Assembly: GCA_965223295.1 (NCBI GenBank)
Contig: CBDCWC010000003.1
Span: 1,792,001-1,856,000 of the forward strand
Length of the DNA: 64,000 nt
From: Nitrospirales bacterium
GTDB taxonomy: Bacteria; Nitrospirota; Nitrospiria; Nitrospirales; UBA8639
Reading direction: 5' to 3'
The notes beneath the pieces were generated by a model. It saw only the letters and a program-made list of their open reading frames with translations. It searched no databases and was not told the origin of the DNA. Positions 1 through 10,602 of this stretch are shown piece by piece (within the stretch, counting starts at the first letter, position 1; every line of letters starts with the position of its first letter). Both the position numbers and the translations under genes were made by a program.

Positions 1-1
1 A

Positions 2-907
2 TATGAGCCGGGATCGACGTTGAAAATCGTGGTGGCTGCTGCGGCTTTAGAAGAAGAAATCATGGCGCCTGACACGTTGATTTATGGAGGCGATGGGCAA
101 ATGTCCGTCGCCGGAAAGCTTTTTCATGATCACGCGAAGGCCAACTGGCTCACATTTACGGATGCCATTGTGCAGTCAAGCAATGTTGGGGTTATTAAGG
201 TGGCGCTCGAACTGGGAGAGACGCGAATGTTTAAGTACCTGAAGGCCTTTGGGTTTGGAGCGAAGACAGGTATTGATCTCTCCGGAGAAACGCCAGGCAT
301 TTTACGTGATCCGAAAAATTGGAGTGGCCTCAGTTTGTCGTCTTTAGCCATGGGACAAGAAATCGGGGTGACTCCGATTCAAATGGTGACGGCCATGTCC
401 GTGGTTGCCAATGGTGGATGGTTGATGACCCCGTATGTGGTGTCGTCGGTAATGGATGGTCGTGGGCAATCAGTCCTGACGAAAAAATTGGAACCCAGAA
501 GGCGACCCATTTCTTCGCAGACGGCCAAACGTCTGAGCCGTATTCTTGAAACCGTCGTAGAAAGTGGAACAGGTCGACAGGCTAAATTGACGGGGTATCG
601 CGCAGCAGGCAAGACCGGAACGTCTCAAAAAATTGATCCAGAAACTGGAGCCTATTCGTCAACGAGTGTCATTGCTTCGTTTGTGGGATTTGTTCCGGTT
701 GAACAACCGCGCCTGACTATGCTGGTCGTGATCGACGACCCAAAAGGAAAAGAATGGAGGTGGGGTGGGAAAAGTGCGGCTCCGGTGTTTGGAAATGTGG
801 CCAATCGCGTCTTACCGCATTTAGGCATCTTGCCAGGTGGGCCTCAAGTAATCCGGACGGCTTCTTCTTCTCATATTTCATCCCCCCTCAATACGCTTGT
901 GCAGTAA
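2..907 (+). CDS. ftsI: Class B penicillin-binding protein (FtsI/PBP3), C-terminal transpeptidase domain; 5' end lies outside the window
   Basis: The frame is open from position 2 (YEPGSTLK, the SxxK motif). SSN and KTGT motifs follow, and the gene is directly upstream of murE. Confidence 0.92.
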   Translation, partial: YEPGSTLKIVVAAAALEEEIMAPDTLIYGGDGQMSVAGKLFHDHAKANWLTFTDAIVQSSNVGVIKVALELGETRMFKYLKAFGFGAKTGIDLSGETPGILRDPKNWSGLSLSSLAMGQEIGVTPIQMVTAMSVVANGGWLMTPYVVSSVMDGRGQSVLTKKLEPRRRPISSQTAKRLSRILETVVESGTGRQAKLTGYRAAGKTGTSQKIDPETGAYSSTSVIASFVGFVPVEQPRLTMLVVIDDPKGKEWRWGGKSAAPVFGNVANRVLPHLGILPGGPQVIRTASSSHISSPLNTLVQ

Positions 908-910
908 GTC

Positions 911-2419
911 GTGACGCTTCAAGAGTTACTTGATCCGATTGATGTGGTAAACGCTACTGGCGATTTCCAGGAAGAAATTATTTCTATCACTGAAGATTCG
1001 CGGGCCGTTGGGCCAGGCTCGGTGTTTGTGGCGATTCAGGGAACGCAACAAGATGGACATCATTTTGTGAATCAAGCCATTGCTCAGGGTGCCACTGCTG
1101 TTGTCGTGGAGGAAGGGTGTTTGCCATCGCCAGCCTCCCAGACTTCATCGCCAGATTCCGCAGCAGTGATTCAGGTGAAGAATTCCCGTAAGGCTTTGGG
1201 GTTGATGGCCTCACAACTTTATGGGAACCCATCAGCTCATCTGAGGATGGTGGGCGTCACGGGGACGAATGGGAAAACCACGGTGACGCATTTGGCTCAC
1301 GCGATTTTAGAAACTCAAGGGCATCGAGTTGGGTTGCTCGGGACAGTGGGCTATGTCTATGGGAACGCACGTCGTGCGGCATCTCATACGACGCCGGCTC
1401 CCGTGCCACTTCAAGAAATGTTAGCTGAAATGGTGGGGGATCGAGCGGATGTGGCTGTGCTGGAAGTTTCATCTCATGCATTGGCATTAGAGCGAGTGGC
1501 CGGCTGCGAGTTTGATATTGTCGTGTTCACCAATTTGACGCAAGACCACCTAGATTTTCACCAAACCATGGAACAATATTTTGAGGCCAAGCTCCAGTTA
1601 TTCACCCGCTATGTGGGCGGGGGTGGTAAGTCGGGTCCCAAGCGAGCGCTCGTAAACGGAGACGACACATGGGCTCGGCTGATTGCTCAGCAATGTCCCA
1701 TTCCTGTTTGGACGTTTGGTCTCCATGGCAAAGCTGATATTCAAGCTGAAGGAATTCAGTTGGGAATGGAAGGAACGCAATTTAGCGTCAACAGTCCTGT
1801 GGGGCCTATGACTATCACTAGCCAATTGGTGGGTGAACATAATGTGTCCAATATGCTGGCCGCTATAGGTATTGCCTTGGAAATGGGGATGTCTCCCGCT
1901 CAGATTGAAGAGGCCCTGAAGTCAGTTGGCAATGTTCCGGGACGTTTTGAACGGATTCAGGAAGGACAGGATTTTACCGTGGTGGTGGACTATGCCCATA
2001 CCGATGATGCACTTCAACAGTTACTGGAGGCCGCACAGATGATCAAGCGAGGGCGCATCATTACGGTGTTTGGTTGCGGAGGAGATCGAGATTCGGGCAA
2101 GCGGCCCAAAATGGGACAAGTCGCTGTTACGCATAGTGATTGGGTCATTGTCACGTCTGATAATCCTCGAACTGAAGATCCGCTGGCCATTCTGGCTGAT
2201 ATTGAAAAAGGTATTACGGCTTTGCCTGAGAAAGACCGGTGTGACTATCGCATGATTTCGGATCGTGCGGAAGCTATTCAGGCCGCTATAGCTGCTGCCA
2301 AGCCAGATGATCTTGTGCTGATTGCGGGCAAAGGCCATGAAGATTATCAAATTCTAGGAAAACAGAAAGTACATTTTGATGATCGTGAAGAAGCTCGAAA
2401 AGCTCTTCAACAACGATAG
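911..2419 (+). CDS. murE: UDP-MurNAc-dipeptide:meso-DAP ligase
   Basis: GTNGKTT P-loop, DYAHT, the DNPR meso-DAP specificity motif and GKGHEDYQ; dcw position. Confidence 0.97.
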   Translation: MTLQELLDPIDVVNATGDFQEEIISITEDSRAVGPGSVFVAIQGTQQDGHHFVNQAIAQGATAVVVEEGCLPSPASQTSSPDSAAVIQVKNSRKALGLMASQLYGNPSAHLRMVGVTGTNGKTTVTHLAHAILETQGHRVGLLGTVGYVYGNARRAASHTTPAPVPLQEMLAEMVGDRADVAVLEVSSHALALERVAGCEFDIVVFTNLTQDHLDFHQTMEQYFEAKLQLFTRYVGGGGKSGPKRALVNGDDTWARLIAQQCPIPVWTFGLHGKADIQAEGIQLGMEGTQFSVNSPVGPMTITSQLVGEHNVSNMLAAIGIALEMGMSPAQIEEALKSVGNVPGRFERIQEGQDFTVVVDYAHTDDALQQLLEAAQMIKRGRIITVFGCGGDRDSGKRPKMGQVAVTHSDWVIVTSDNPRTEDPLAILADIEKGITALPEKDRCDYRMISDRAEAIQAAIAAAKPDDLVLIAGKGHEDYQILGKQKVHFDDREEARKALQQR

Positions 2420-2448
2420 CCTTCAGGATAATCCAGGCCATATGACTC

Positions 2449-3861
2449 ATGGCAATATTTGAGGTGGAAGAAGTGGTTGCAGCCACGAAAGGAACATTGC
2501 TCGCACCAAGAGGAAAACCCCACGTGAAATTTCGTCGGGTGGAAACGGACTCTCGAGCGGTCAAGCTGGGCGATCTCTTTGTGGCGTTAAGAGGTCCGAA
2601 TTTTGATGGTCATGATTTTGTTGGCAAAGCTTGGAAGATGGGGGCCAAGGGGGTTGTTGTAGAAAAGAAATGGGACAGCAAGGGATTGAAAGGTTTGGGA
2701 AAGGTGAGCCGGTCTCCACTTGCAGTCGTGTGTGTGAACGATACCCTACAGGCCTACCAAGATTTAGCTAAATTTCATCGCGCAAGGTTTTCCATTCCTG
2801 TTGTGGCCATTACTGGGAGTAATGGAAAAACGACAACGAAGGAAATGGTGAGTCGCGTATTGGAGACTCGTTGGCGCATCTTGAAAACTCAAGGGAATTT
2901 CAATAATGCGATTGGCGTTCCTAAAACGTTGTTAGGCCTTCAGGCAAAGCATCAGGCTGCCGTTATTGAAATGGGCGTGGATCAAGTGGGACAAACCGCC
3001 CGGCTTGGAGAGATTGCCCGGCCCACTTTAGGCGTCATTACGAATGTCGGACAGGACCATTTAGAATATTACAAAACCATGGCGCGCTCAGCTAGGTCAA
3101 AGGCTGAATTGTTTGCCTGGCTTCCGGATGACGGCGCCGCCATTTTAAATGCGGATGATGAATATTTTTCATCATTTTCCCAAAAAGCGACTTGCCCGGT
3201 GGTTTCCTTTGGATTGCAGGCTGATGCAGATGTGCGGGGAACCAAACTCAATTGGAATGGAAAGCACACAGAATTTCGCTTATGGCTGCCGAATCGAAAA
3301 ACCAGTAAACGCACGATTGTCCGAACAATGGGTTTCCATAATGTGTCTAATGCACTTGCCGGGGCAGCCGTAGGACATGCGCTACAGTTTTCTGCCACGG
3401 ACATTGTGGCGGGGTTGGCCAGGTTTCGTCCGGCGCCAATGCGATCAGAAATTCGTCGATTAAGAGGCGCAATTTTTCTCTATGATTGCTACAACGCGAA
3501 TCCAGATTCTGTGAAGGCAGCGTTAGACGTCTTGGTTGAGCTGGCTCCACAGCAGCGAACGATTGCCGTTCTTGGCGATATGCTGGAGTTGGGGGTTAAA
3601 GAAGCGCACTTGCATGAGGAAATAGGTCGATACGCTGCTCAAAAACAGGTCAGTCATGTGATCGCCTGCGGGACCTTTGGTTCTATGATCAGCAAAGGTG
3701 TAGGAAAAGCTCGAACGCACACCTCCATCACGGTGGTGAGAGATGCGTTAGAGGCTGGGACAGTCTTAAAGACCATGCTCGCGCGGGGTGATATCGTACT
3801 GATTAAGGCCTCGCGAGGCGCTCAAATGGAGGGTGTGTTTGATGTACTTCCGACACGTTAA
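2449..3861 (+). CDS. murF: UDP-MurNAc-tripeptide:D-Ala-D-Ala ligase
   Basis: ITGSNGKTTTKE, NFNNAIGVP, DCYNANPDS, LGDMLELG and KASRG motifs. Confidence 0.96.
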   Translation: MAIFEVEEVVAATKGTLLAPRGKPHVKFRRVETDSRAVKLGDLFVALRGPNFDGHDFVGKAWKMGAKGVVVEKKWDSKGLKGLGKVSRSPLAVVCVNDTLQAYQDLAKFHRARFSIPVVAITGSNGKTTTKEMVSRVLETRWRILKTQGNFNNAIGVPKTLLGLQAKHQAAVIEMGVDQVGQTARLGEIARPTLGVITNVGQDHLEYYKTMARSARSKAELFAWLPDDGAAILNADDEYFSSFSQKATCPVVSFGLQADADVRGTKLNWNGKHTEFRLWLPNRKTSKRTIVRTMGFHNVSNALAGAAVGHALQFSATDIVAGLARFRPAPMRSEIRRLRGAIFLYDCYNANPDSVKAALDVLVELAPQQRTIAVLGDMLELGVKEAHLHEEIGRYAAQKQVSHVIACGTFGSMISKGVGKARTHTSITVVRDALEAGTVLKTMLARGDIVLIKASRGAQMEGVFDVLPTR

Positions 3862-3990
3862 GAATTGGTGTGGGTACAATGATCGCATCATACAAGAAAG
3901 CTCGAAGTCATACGTTTAAGAACGGATCGAGTAAGCAGAGGTAACATAGCCTTGCCATTTTCATATCATGTAACCGAAGAGGTTTGTTGA

Positions 3991-5067
3991 ATGCTCTATC
4001 AGTGGCTATACCCTCTTCACAACGATTTTGCGATTTTTAATGTATTTCGCTATCTCAGTTTCCGCATGATTTATGCGGCAATCACGGCGTTTCTCATTGT
4101 CTTTTTTCTGGCTCCGCCCGTCATCAAGAAATTACAACAACTGGGATTGGGACAAAAGGTGCGAACCGATGGTCCGCAAACGCATTTTGGGAAGTCCGGG
4201 ACGCCCACGATGGGTGGAGTGCTTATTTTGTTTTCAGTGTTACTGGCGACGCTGTTATGGGCAGATGTGTCAAATTTTTATGTCTGGCTGGTTCTCCTGG
4301 CGATTGTGGGATTTGGGCTGATTGGCTTTGTGGATGATTACATAAAAATATTACGTGGGCAGTCCGAAGGGCTTACCGCCGCGCAAAAATTTATTGGACA
4401 GTTGGGCGTGGGGTTAGGCGTGGGTTTATTTTTTTATCTTTCCCCAGCATATTCTACTGAACTCAGTGTTCCATTTTTTAAGAATGTGAATCCCGACCTT
4501 GGTCTCATGTACATTCCTTTTGCCATATTGGTCATTGTGGGATGCTCCAATGCGGTGAATTTAACCGATGGGCTGGATGGCTTGGCCGTTGGACCCGTGA
4601 TCATCGCTGCGATGGCCTATACGGTGGTGGCCTGGGCCGTGGGGAATCGAATCGTTTCTGAATATCTTTTGATTCCGCATATTGAAGGAGCAGGAGAACT
4701 GGCGATTTTGACGGCCTCGATCATCGGGTCTGGTCTGGGATTTCTCTGGTTCAACACCTATCCTGCATCGGTTTTCATGGGGGATGTGGGGTCGTTGCCG
4801 TTGGGCGCAGCCTTGGGAACGGTGGCCGTCGTTTGCAAGCATGAATTGCTGTTAGTGCTGGTTGGTGGCGTCTTTGTGATGGAAGCGGTCTCAGTGATTT
4901 TTCAGGTGTTATCGTTTAAGTCACGAGGAAAACGTATTTTTCTCATGGCTCCGCTACACCATCATTTTGAAATGAAAGGGTGGGAGGAGCCGAAAGTCGT
5001 CGTTCGTTTGTGGATCATTGCGATTATTTTGGGATTGCTGAGCATTAGTACATTGAAATTGCGTTAA
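3991..5067 (+). CDS. mraY: Phospho-N-acetylmuramoyl-pentapeptide transferase
   Basis: [26 protein letters not shown] and APLHHHFE motifs; multiple transmembrane segments. Confidence 0.98.
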   Translation: MLYQWLYPLHNDFAIFNVFRYLSFRMIYAAITAFLIVFFLAPPVIKKLQQLGLGQKVRTDGPQTHFGKSGTPTMGGVLILFSVLLATLLWADVSNFYVWLVLLAIVGFGLIGFVDDYIKILRGQSEGLTAAQKFIGQLGVGLGVGLFFYLSPAYSTELSVPFFKNVNPDLGLMYIPFAILVIVGCSNAVNLTDGLDGLAVGPVIIAAMAYTVVAWAVGNRIVSEYLLIPHIEGAGELAILTASIIGSGLGFLWFNTYPASVFMGDVGSLPLGAALGTVAVVCKHELLLVLVGGVFVMEAVSVIFQVLSFKSRGKRIFLMAPLHHHFEMKGWEEPKVVVRLWIIAIILGLLSISTLKLR

Positions 5068-5080
5068 ATGTAGGGGCTGA

Positions 5081-6502
5081 GTGAAATTCTCTGGAGTCAT
5101 GGAACCCGTGAAAACTTCTTCGGTACTTCCCATGACAAATTGGAAGAAGACGAACGTGGCGGTGATGGGTATGGGACGCAGTGGGCAATCGGCTGCTGAT
5201 CTTCTTCTTGACCAAGGGTCAAATGTGATTCTGGTTGAAGAACATCCACGGCCTGAACTTGAAGGATTGAAAGAAGAGTATGAGCGCCGAGGAGCTCAAA
5301 TATGCTTTGGAAACCACATGGAGTCAATCTTGAGTCAGGTTGCACTTCTGGTTGTCAGTCCTGGTGTCCCGAATGATCATTCTTTTCTTGAACAGGCACA
5401 TCAGCAAAACATTCCGGTCATTGGGGAAATTGAATTAGCAACATGGTTCCTTCGGGCTCCGATTATTGCTGTCACGGGCACGAACGGGAAAAGCACCACT
5501 GTTCGGCTGATCGGATCTATTCTAGAAAAAAGTGGGAAGCATGTTTTTATGGGAGGAAATCTGGGGCTTCCCCTCTGCGAAGCCGTACCAAAAACAGGAA
5601 ATCCGTATCAGGGCAAGGACTTTGACTATATCGTTGCCGAAGTTTCAAGTTTTCAACTTGAAACCATTCACCAATTCAAACCATGGATTTCAGTCCTCTT
5701 GAATGTGACGCCCGATCATCTGGATCGACATCTCACCCAAGAAGAATATCAGGCAGCTAAGCAAAGGATTTTTGAAAATCAAACCATTCAGGATTGGATG
5801 ATCATCAATGTTGATGATCCAACCGTGAGAGCTCTGGCCCTCGAGGCCAAGGCACGACGCGTAGAATTTAGTCTCCAGCATGAAGTTGAGCAAGGTATCT
5901 ATGCCGAAGGTGACAAGATTCGTGCTCGGCTAGAAGGTAAGGCTGAGGTTGTCTTTGATCGTGACGATATCCCTATGCGTGGTTTACATAATGTCGCGAA
6001 TGCTATGGCGGCGATTTGTGTGGGGTTATTGAGTGGGTGTTCTAAAGAAAATATCGTAAATGGGCTCAAGGAGATTCCTGGGTTTGAGCATGCCTTGGAA
6101 TATGTGCGGACCTGGAAGAGCATATGCTTCATTAACGATTCAAAGGGAACTAATGTGGATGCCACGCTTAAAGCTGTGCAATGTTTTGATGAGCCAGTGA
6201 TATTAATTCTGGGAGGAAAGGACAAAGGTGGAGACTTTGCTCGCCTTGTAGATGCGATTCATCAAAGAGTGAAAAATGTCGTCGTTATTGGAGAAGCCGC
6301 GCCTCGAATCCTTTTTGAATTAGGAGAACAGGTTCCCACACGTCAGGCAACGAGTCTTAAAGATGCGGTAGCGCAAGCCGTTTCTCTGGCGTTGCCAGGC
6401 GATGTCGTATTGTTTTCGCCGGCTTGCTCGAGTTTCGATATGTTTCAAAATTATCATCAGCGCGGACTTGAATTTAAACGCGTGATACAGGAACTCCAAT
6501 AA
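5081..6502 (+). CDS. murD: UDP-MurNAc-L-Ala:D-Glu ligase (start may be ATG 5099)
   Basis: TGTNGKSTT, EVSSFQLE, PDHLDRH, NDSKGTN and SPACSSFD motifs. Confidence 0.97.
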   Translation: MKFSGVMEPVKTSSVLPMTNWKKTNVAVMGMGRSGQSAADLLLDQGSNVILVEEHPRPELEGLKEEYERRGAQICFGNHMESILSQVALLVVSPGVPNDHSFLEQAHQQNIPVIGEIELATWFLRAPIIAVTGTNGKSTTVRLIGSILEKSGKHVFMGGNLGLPLCEAVPKTGNPYQGKDFDYIVAEVSSFQLETIHQFKPWISVLLNVTPDHLDRHLTQEEYQAAKQRIFENQTIQDWMIINVDDPTVRALALEAKARRVEFSLQHEVEQGIYAEGDKIRARLEGKAEVVFDRDDIPMRGLHNVANAMAAICVGLLSGCSKENIVNGLKEIPGFEHALEYVRTWKSICFINDSKGTNVDATLKAVQCFDEPVILILGGKDKGGDFARLVDAIHQRVKNVVVIGEAAPRILFELGEQVPTRQATSLKDAVAQAVSLALPGDVVLFSPACSSFDMFQNYHQRGLEFKRVIQELQ

Positions 6503-7678
6503 GTGAGCATGTTGTTGCTGAGACGTCGGAATGCTCACCGAGATAGACGAGCATGGGCTGATTTATTTCAAGGGCATGTTGCTCTTGGTCAACGTCGGGT
6601 TGATCCGTTGATTCTTGGAATTACCGTTGCTCTTTCATTGGGTGGATTGATTATGGTGTTCAGCGCCAGCGGCGTTGTAGCGGAAATGAAATATCAAGAT
6701 GCGACCTTTTATCTGCAGCGTCAAATCGTGTGGATAGTATTGGGCTTTTGCGTGCTCTTTGTCGGATCCAAGATTGATTATCGGCTATGGAAACAATGGG
6801 TTCCCTGGATTGTGATGGGATGTGCGGCAGGGTTGTTGCTTGTCCTAGCGTTTGGTCCTCAAATCAATGGTGCCCGTCGATGGTTGACGTTCGGTTTCTT
6901 TTCCATTCAACCCACGGAAATGGCCAAGTTGGCAGTGGTGTTGTATGTGGCGGCCTTTCTGGCCAATCCCAATCGTCGGATTACTGATTGGCGACGTGGG
7001 TTTCTTCCGCCAGTCGCCGTGGTCAGTGGGCTCTGTCTTTTAATTGTTGTCGAGCCTGATTTGGGAAGTATCGTCGTCATTGGGCTGGTGTTTGTCTTCA
7101 TGATGTATTTGGCCGGTGCTCGGCTTCGGCATTTGGCCTGCTTGGGGTTGCCAATGATTCTAGGGTTTCTGGCGCTCATTTTCATCAGTCCTGAGCGGTG
7201 GGAACGATTGACTACTTTTCTCAACCCCTTTCAGGATCCAGAAGGTGCCGGCTATCAATTAGTGCAATCTCTTTTGGCGTTAGAAAACGGTGGAATTTTT
7301 GGCGTGGGCCTGGGGCATGGGAAACAGAAACTCTTGTACCTCCCCGAAGGCCATACTGACTTTGTGCTCGCATTGGTTGGCGAAGAGCTGGGATTGATGG
7401 GGACCTTAGGGTTATTGGGACTGTTCGTCATTTTGGTGTTTAAAGGATTTCGCGTTGCCGCATTGGCGCCTGATGTATTCGGTCGGTTTTTGGCTCTGGG
7501 AATCACGTTGCTTCTGACGATGCAAGCGATGATCAATGCGGGAGTGGTGAGTGGCATGTTGCCCACGAAAGGCTTGACGCTTCCTCTGGTGAGTTATGGA
7601 GGTTCGTCGCTTCTGACGACCATGTTAGCGATTGGAATCTTGTTGAGTATAGCTCGTCGTGGGCGGACAGGCCCCTAG
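6503..7678 (+). CDS. ftsW: SEDS peptidoglycan polymerase FtsW
   Basis: NGARRW, QPTEMAK, EPDLG, LPEGHTDF and SYGGSS motifs; lies between murD and murG. Confidence 0.96.
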   Translation: MSMLLLRRRNAHRDRRAWADLFQGHVALGQRRVDPLILGITVALSLGGLIMVFSASGVVAEMKYQDATFYLQRQIVWIVLGFCVLFVGSKIDYRLWKQWVPWIVMGCAAGLLLVLAFGPQINGARRWLTFGFFSIQPTEMAKLAVVLYVAAFLANPNRRITDWRRGFLPPVAVVSGLCLLIVVEPDLGSIVVIGLVFVFMMYLAGARLRHLACLGLPMILGFLALIFISPERWERLTTFLNPFQDPEGAGYQLVQSLLALENGGIFGVGLGHGKQKLLYLPEGHTDFVLALVGEELGLMGTLGLLGLFVILVFKGFRVAALAPDVFGRFLALGITLLLTMQAMINAGVVSGMLPTKGLTLPLVSYGGSSLLTTMLAIGILLSIARRGRTGP

Positions 7679-7691
7679 CTAGGGGATCGGC

Positions 7692-8771
7692 ATGCGAGTC
7701 GTGATTGCCGCGGGAGGTACCGGAGGACATATCTATCCAGCGATTGCTTATGCAAAAGCCATTCAAGCCTATGATCCTGAGGGACGGATTGTATTTGTAG
7801 GAACAGGAAAAGCCGTGGAACGCAATATTCTCTCTCAAGAAGGATTTTCTCTCGAGTCTATTCAGGTGGAAGGTATTGTGGGGAAGAATCTCTTGAAGAT
7901 GTTGCGTGCGCTTTGGCTCCTGCCTCAATCGCTGTGGCAGGCCATCAATATTCTTCGATCGCCTCCAGCCGATTTAGTTATCGGGACCGGGGGATATTTC
8001 AGCCCACCGGTTATCGTTGCGGCCTGGTTGCTTCAGATTCCCCGAGTCATCCTGGAACCCAATGCCATGCCTGGGTTAGCCAATCGTCTTGTGGGTCCGG
8101 TGGCTAATCGAATTTTCTTAGCGTTCGAAAGTGCCAGATCATTTTTTTCTTCGTCCAAAGTCCGGGTCATTGGGACACCAATCCGTCAGGACTTTGTGTT
8201 GGAACAAGCTCCCGAACCTCCTCAACAGGTCAAACATCTTTTGATATTTGGAGGAAGCCAAGGTGCTCGGGCGATCAATTCTGCCATCCTTGAGGCGCTT
8301 GACCATTCAGAGGCTCTGAGAACATCGGTTACGCTAACCCATCAAACCGGAGCTGAGGATTGTGAGCGAGTGCGGCAAGAGTATCAACAGCGCGGGGTGC
8401 AGGCTGATGTTCAACCATTTCTATTTGATATGCCTAGAGAATTGGCTAAAGCGGATCTCGTGATCTGTCGCGCGGGAGCAAGCACGCTGGCGGAGTTGGC
8501 CGCTTGTGGGAAAGTTGGCATTCTCATTCCCTTTCCTTACGCCACTCATAATCATCAAGAAATGAATGCACGCGCCATGGAACAATCAGGTGCGGCGAGA
8601 ATGTTGCTCCAATCTGAATTAACTGGGCAGAGGTTGGCAGAAGAAATTCAAGGCCTTATGGACGATATCCCATCTTTGCATTTCATGGCTCAGCGCAGTT
8701 GGGAGGGAAGAAAAACTCATGCCACTGAAGAAATGCTTGGCGAATGCCTCTCGTTGGTCAAACGTGACTAG
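7692..8771 (+). CDS. murG: Lipid II N-acetylglucosaminyltransferase
   Basis: GGTGGH, GGSQGA, RAGAST and HQEMNA motifs. Confidence 0.97.
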   Translation: MRVVIAAGGTGGHIYPAIAYAKAIQAYDPEGRIVFVGTGKAVERNILSQEGFSLESIQVEGIVGKNLLKMLRALWLLPQSLWQAINILRSPPADLVIGTGGYFSPPVIVAAWLLQIPRVILEPNAMPGLANRLVGPVANRIFLAFESARSFFSSSKVRVIGTPIRQDFVLEQAPEPPQQVKHLLIFGGSQGARAINSAILEALDHSEALRTSVTLTHQTGAEDCERVRQEYQQRGVQADVQPFLFDMPRELAKADLVICRAGASTLAELAACGKVGILIPFPYATHNHQEMNARAMEQSGAARMLLQSELTGQRLAEEIQGLMDDIPSLHFMAQRSWEGRKTHATEEMLGECLSLVKRD

Positions 8772-9083
8772 GCAGAAATTTTCGTATTAAGTTGCTGGAA
8801 AGATTTTCAACGATACAGAAAAAATCATGGGTTCAATGATCATCTTTAATGAGAGGGATGTGTGCAGGGAATAAAAAAGGCGGATGTCAAGAGGTGAACC
8901 AGACAGTGGCCATGCCCCCGCTTGCTGACCATGAATGTGCTTGTATCCCTATTTTGGTATCGAACACCTATCAAGGGAACCAAGAGGCCATGACAAGAAT
9001 CGAGTCTGTTTCTGTTTCAAAAATGAAGCCTATCTTGATGACGTTGAAAAATTTTTCCCGTTCCTCTGGGAGTCAAGGGAGCT

Positions 9084-10460
9084 ATGTTCCGAAAAATTCA
9101 GCACATTCATTTAGTGGGAATTGGTGGGAGTGGCATGAGCGGCATTGCGGAGGTCCTCCTTACCTTAGGCTATAAGGTGACGGGTTCCGATACCGGATAT
9201 TCCGACAGCATTCGCCGGTTAGAAGAAATGGGTGGAATCGTGTCAATCGGACATGATGAATCACATATTGAAGGCGCCCAGGTCGTAGTCATGTCATCAG
9301 CTATTGCTTCGTCAAACCCCGAAATTCGTGCGGCACGAGCTAAAGTGATTCCAGTCATCCCTCGCGCTGAAATGTTGGCCGAATTGATGCGACTGAAATT
9401 CGGGATTGCGATAGCGGGCGCACATGGAAAAACCACAACAACGTCTATGGTGGCGTCGATTCTGGCCCAGGCTGGCTTGGACCCGACGTTTGTGGTGGGT
9501 GGGAAAGTCAATGCCATGGGGACTCATGCCCGGTTAGGTCGAAGTGACCTTCTGATTGCGGAAGCCGATGAGAGCGATGGATCGTTCTTGCGTTTGTCTC
9601 CTTCCGTCGTGGTGGTCACCAACATGGATCGAGAGCATCTGGAACATTATGGAAGCATGGATCGATTGCAGGAAGCGTTTTTAGAATTTATCAACAAGAT
9701 TCCATTCTACGGTGCGGCGATTCTGTGTGCCGATGATCCGTGGATTCGTGGGCTGTTGCCTGGGATCGTCAAACGCTATCAGACTTTTGGCATGAATGAT
9801 TTTTCGGGTGTGCTGACCCCGGATTTATGCGCAACGGATATTGAATCAAGGGCTCTGGGTGTAGAATTTCGTGCCCATTATCGCGGGCAGAAAATCGGAC
9901 CATTTCGCATTCGTATTCCTGGTGTTCACAATGTCTCGAATGCGCTAGCAGCTATTGGTGTGGCTTTGGAATTAGATGTGCCTGTGGATTTGATTCGATC
10001 AGGCTTGGCGGCGTTTTCCGGAGTGGAGCGGCGATTTCAAATTCGAGGAGAAAAAAATGGCATTTTAGTTGTCGATGACTACGGTCATCACCCCACGGAA
10101 GTTCGTGCGACGTTAGCAGCCGCACGGGCTACCTGGTCTCGACGCATTGTTGTGATCTTTCAGCCTCATCGATATTCCAGAACGCGAGACCTTGCTAATG
10201 ATTTTGCCAAAGCCTTTGAACAAGCAGACGTGGTGTACATCTTGGATATTTATGCCGCAGGGGAGGAACCCATTCCTGGGGTCAGCGGTCAGACACTTGT
10301 CGAAAAAATCAGTGAGTCTGGTCATGCCGCCGTGTATTGGGTCAATAGCGATCCTGGGATTGTGAACCGGCTACGAGATGATCTGCAGGAGGGAGATGTC
10401 TTGTTGACGTTAGGTGCAGGAGATGTGTGGAAGATTGGGCAGGAATTCTTAACGACGTGA
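9084..10460 (+). CDS. murC: UDP-MurNAc:L-Ala ligase
   Basis: GIGGSGMS, GAHGKTTT, EADESD, DDYGHHPTE and FQPHRYSR motifs. Confidence 0.98.
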   Translation: MFRKIQHIHLVGIGGSGMSGIAEVLLTLGYKVTGSDTGYSDSIRRLEEMGGIVSIGHDESHIEGAQVVVMSSAIASSNPEIRAARAKVIPVIPRAEMLAELMRLKFGIAIAGAHGKTTTTSMVASILAQAGLDPTFVVGGKVNAMGTHARLGRSDLLIAEADESDGSFLRLSPSVVVVTNMDREHLEHYGSMDRLQEAFLEFINKIPFYGAAILCADDPWIRGLLPGIVKRYQTFGMNDFSGVLTPDLCATDIESRALGVEFRAHYRGQKIGPFRIRIPGVHNVSNALAAIGVALELDVPVDLIRSGLAAFSGVERRFQIRGEKNGILVVDDYGHHPTEVRATLAAARATWSRRIVVIFQPHRYSRTRDLANDFAKAFEQADVVYILDIYAAGEEPIPGVSGQTLVEKISESGHAAVYWVNSDPGIVNRLRDDLQEGDVLLTLGAGDVWKIGQEFLTT

Positions 10461-10552
10461 GAGGCGAGAAGTCAATGAAGTGAAAAGCAAGAAGGGAGCA
10501 GCAAGGATACCTGTTCCTCGTGTTTTTTCTCTCCTGACTTTTTTCTTCTCAG
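10457..10552. repeat. Heptamer-periodic imperfect palindrome (purine arm / pyrimidine arm), degenerate copy
   Basis: GTGAGAG GCGAGAA ... GTGAAAA GCAAGAA, followed by TCCTGAC TTTTTTC TTCTCAG. Confidence 0.55.
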
Positions 10553-10602
10553 GTTGCACTTGGACAAGAGAGTTTGGTGAATGAAATTAGATCAAGACGG
10601 TC

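Noticed and set aside
8849-9175. 108-aa ORF in the murG-murC gap, and similar ORFs at 21088-21294, 29842-30069 and 55578-55772
   Set aside because: They have no motifs, overlap genuine genes or promoter regions, and are probably spurious.
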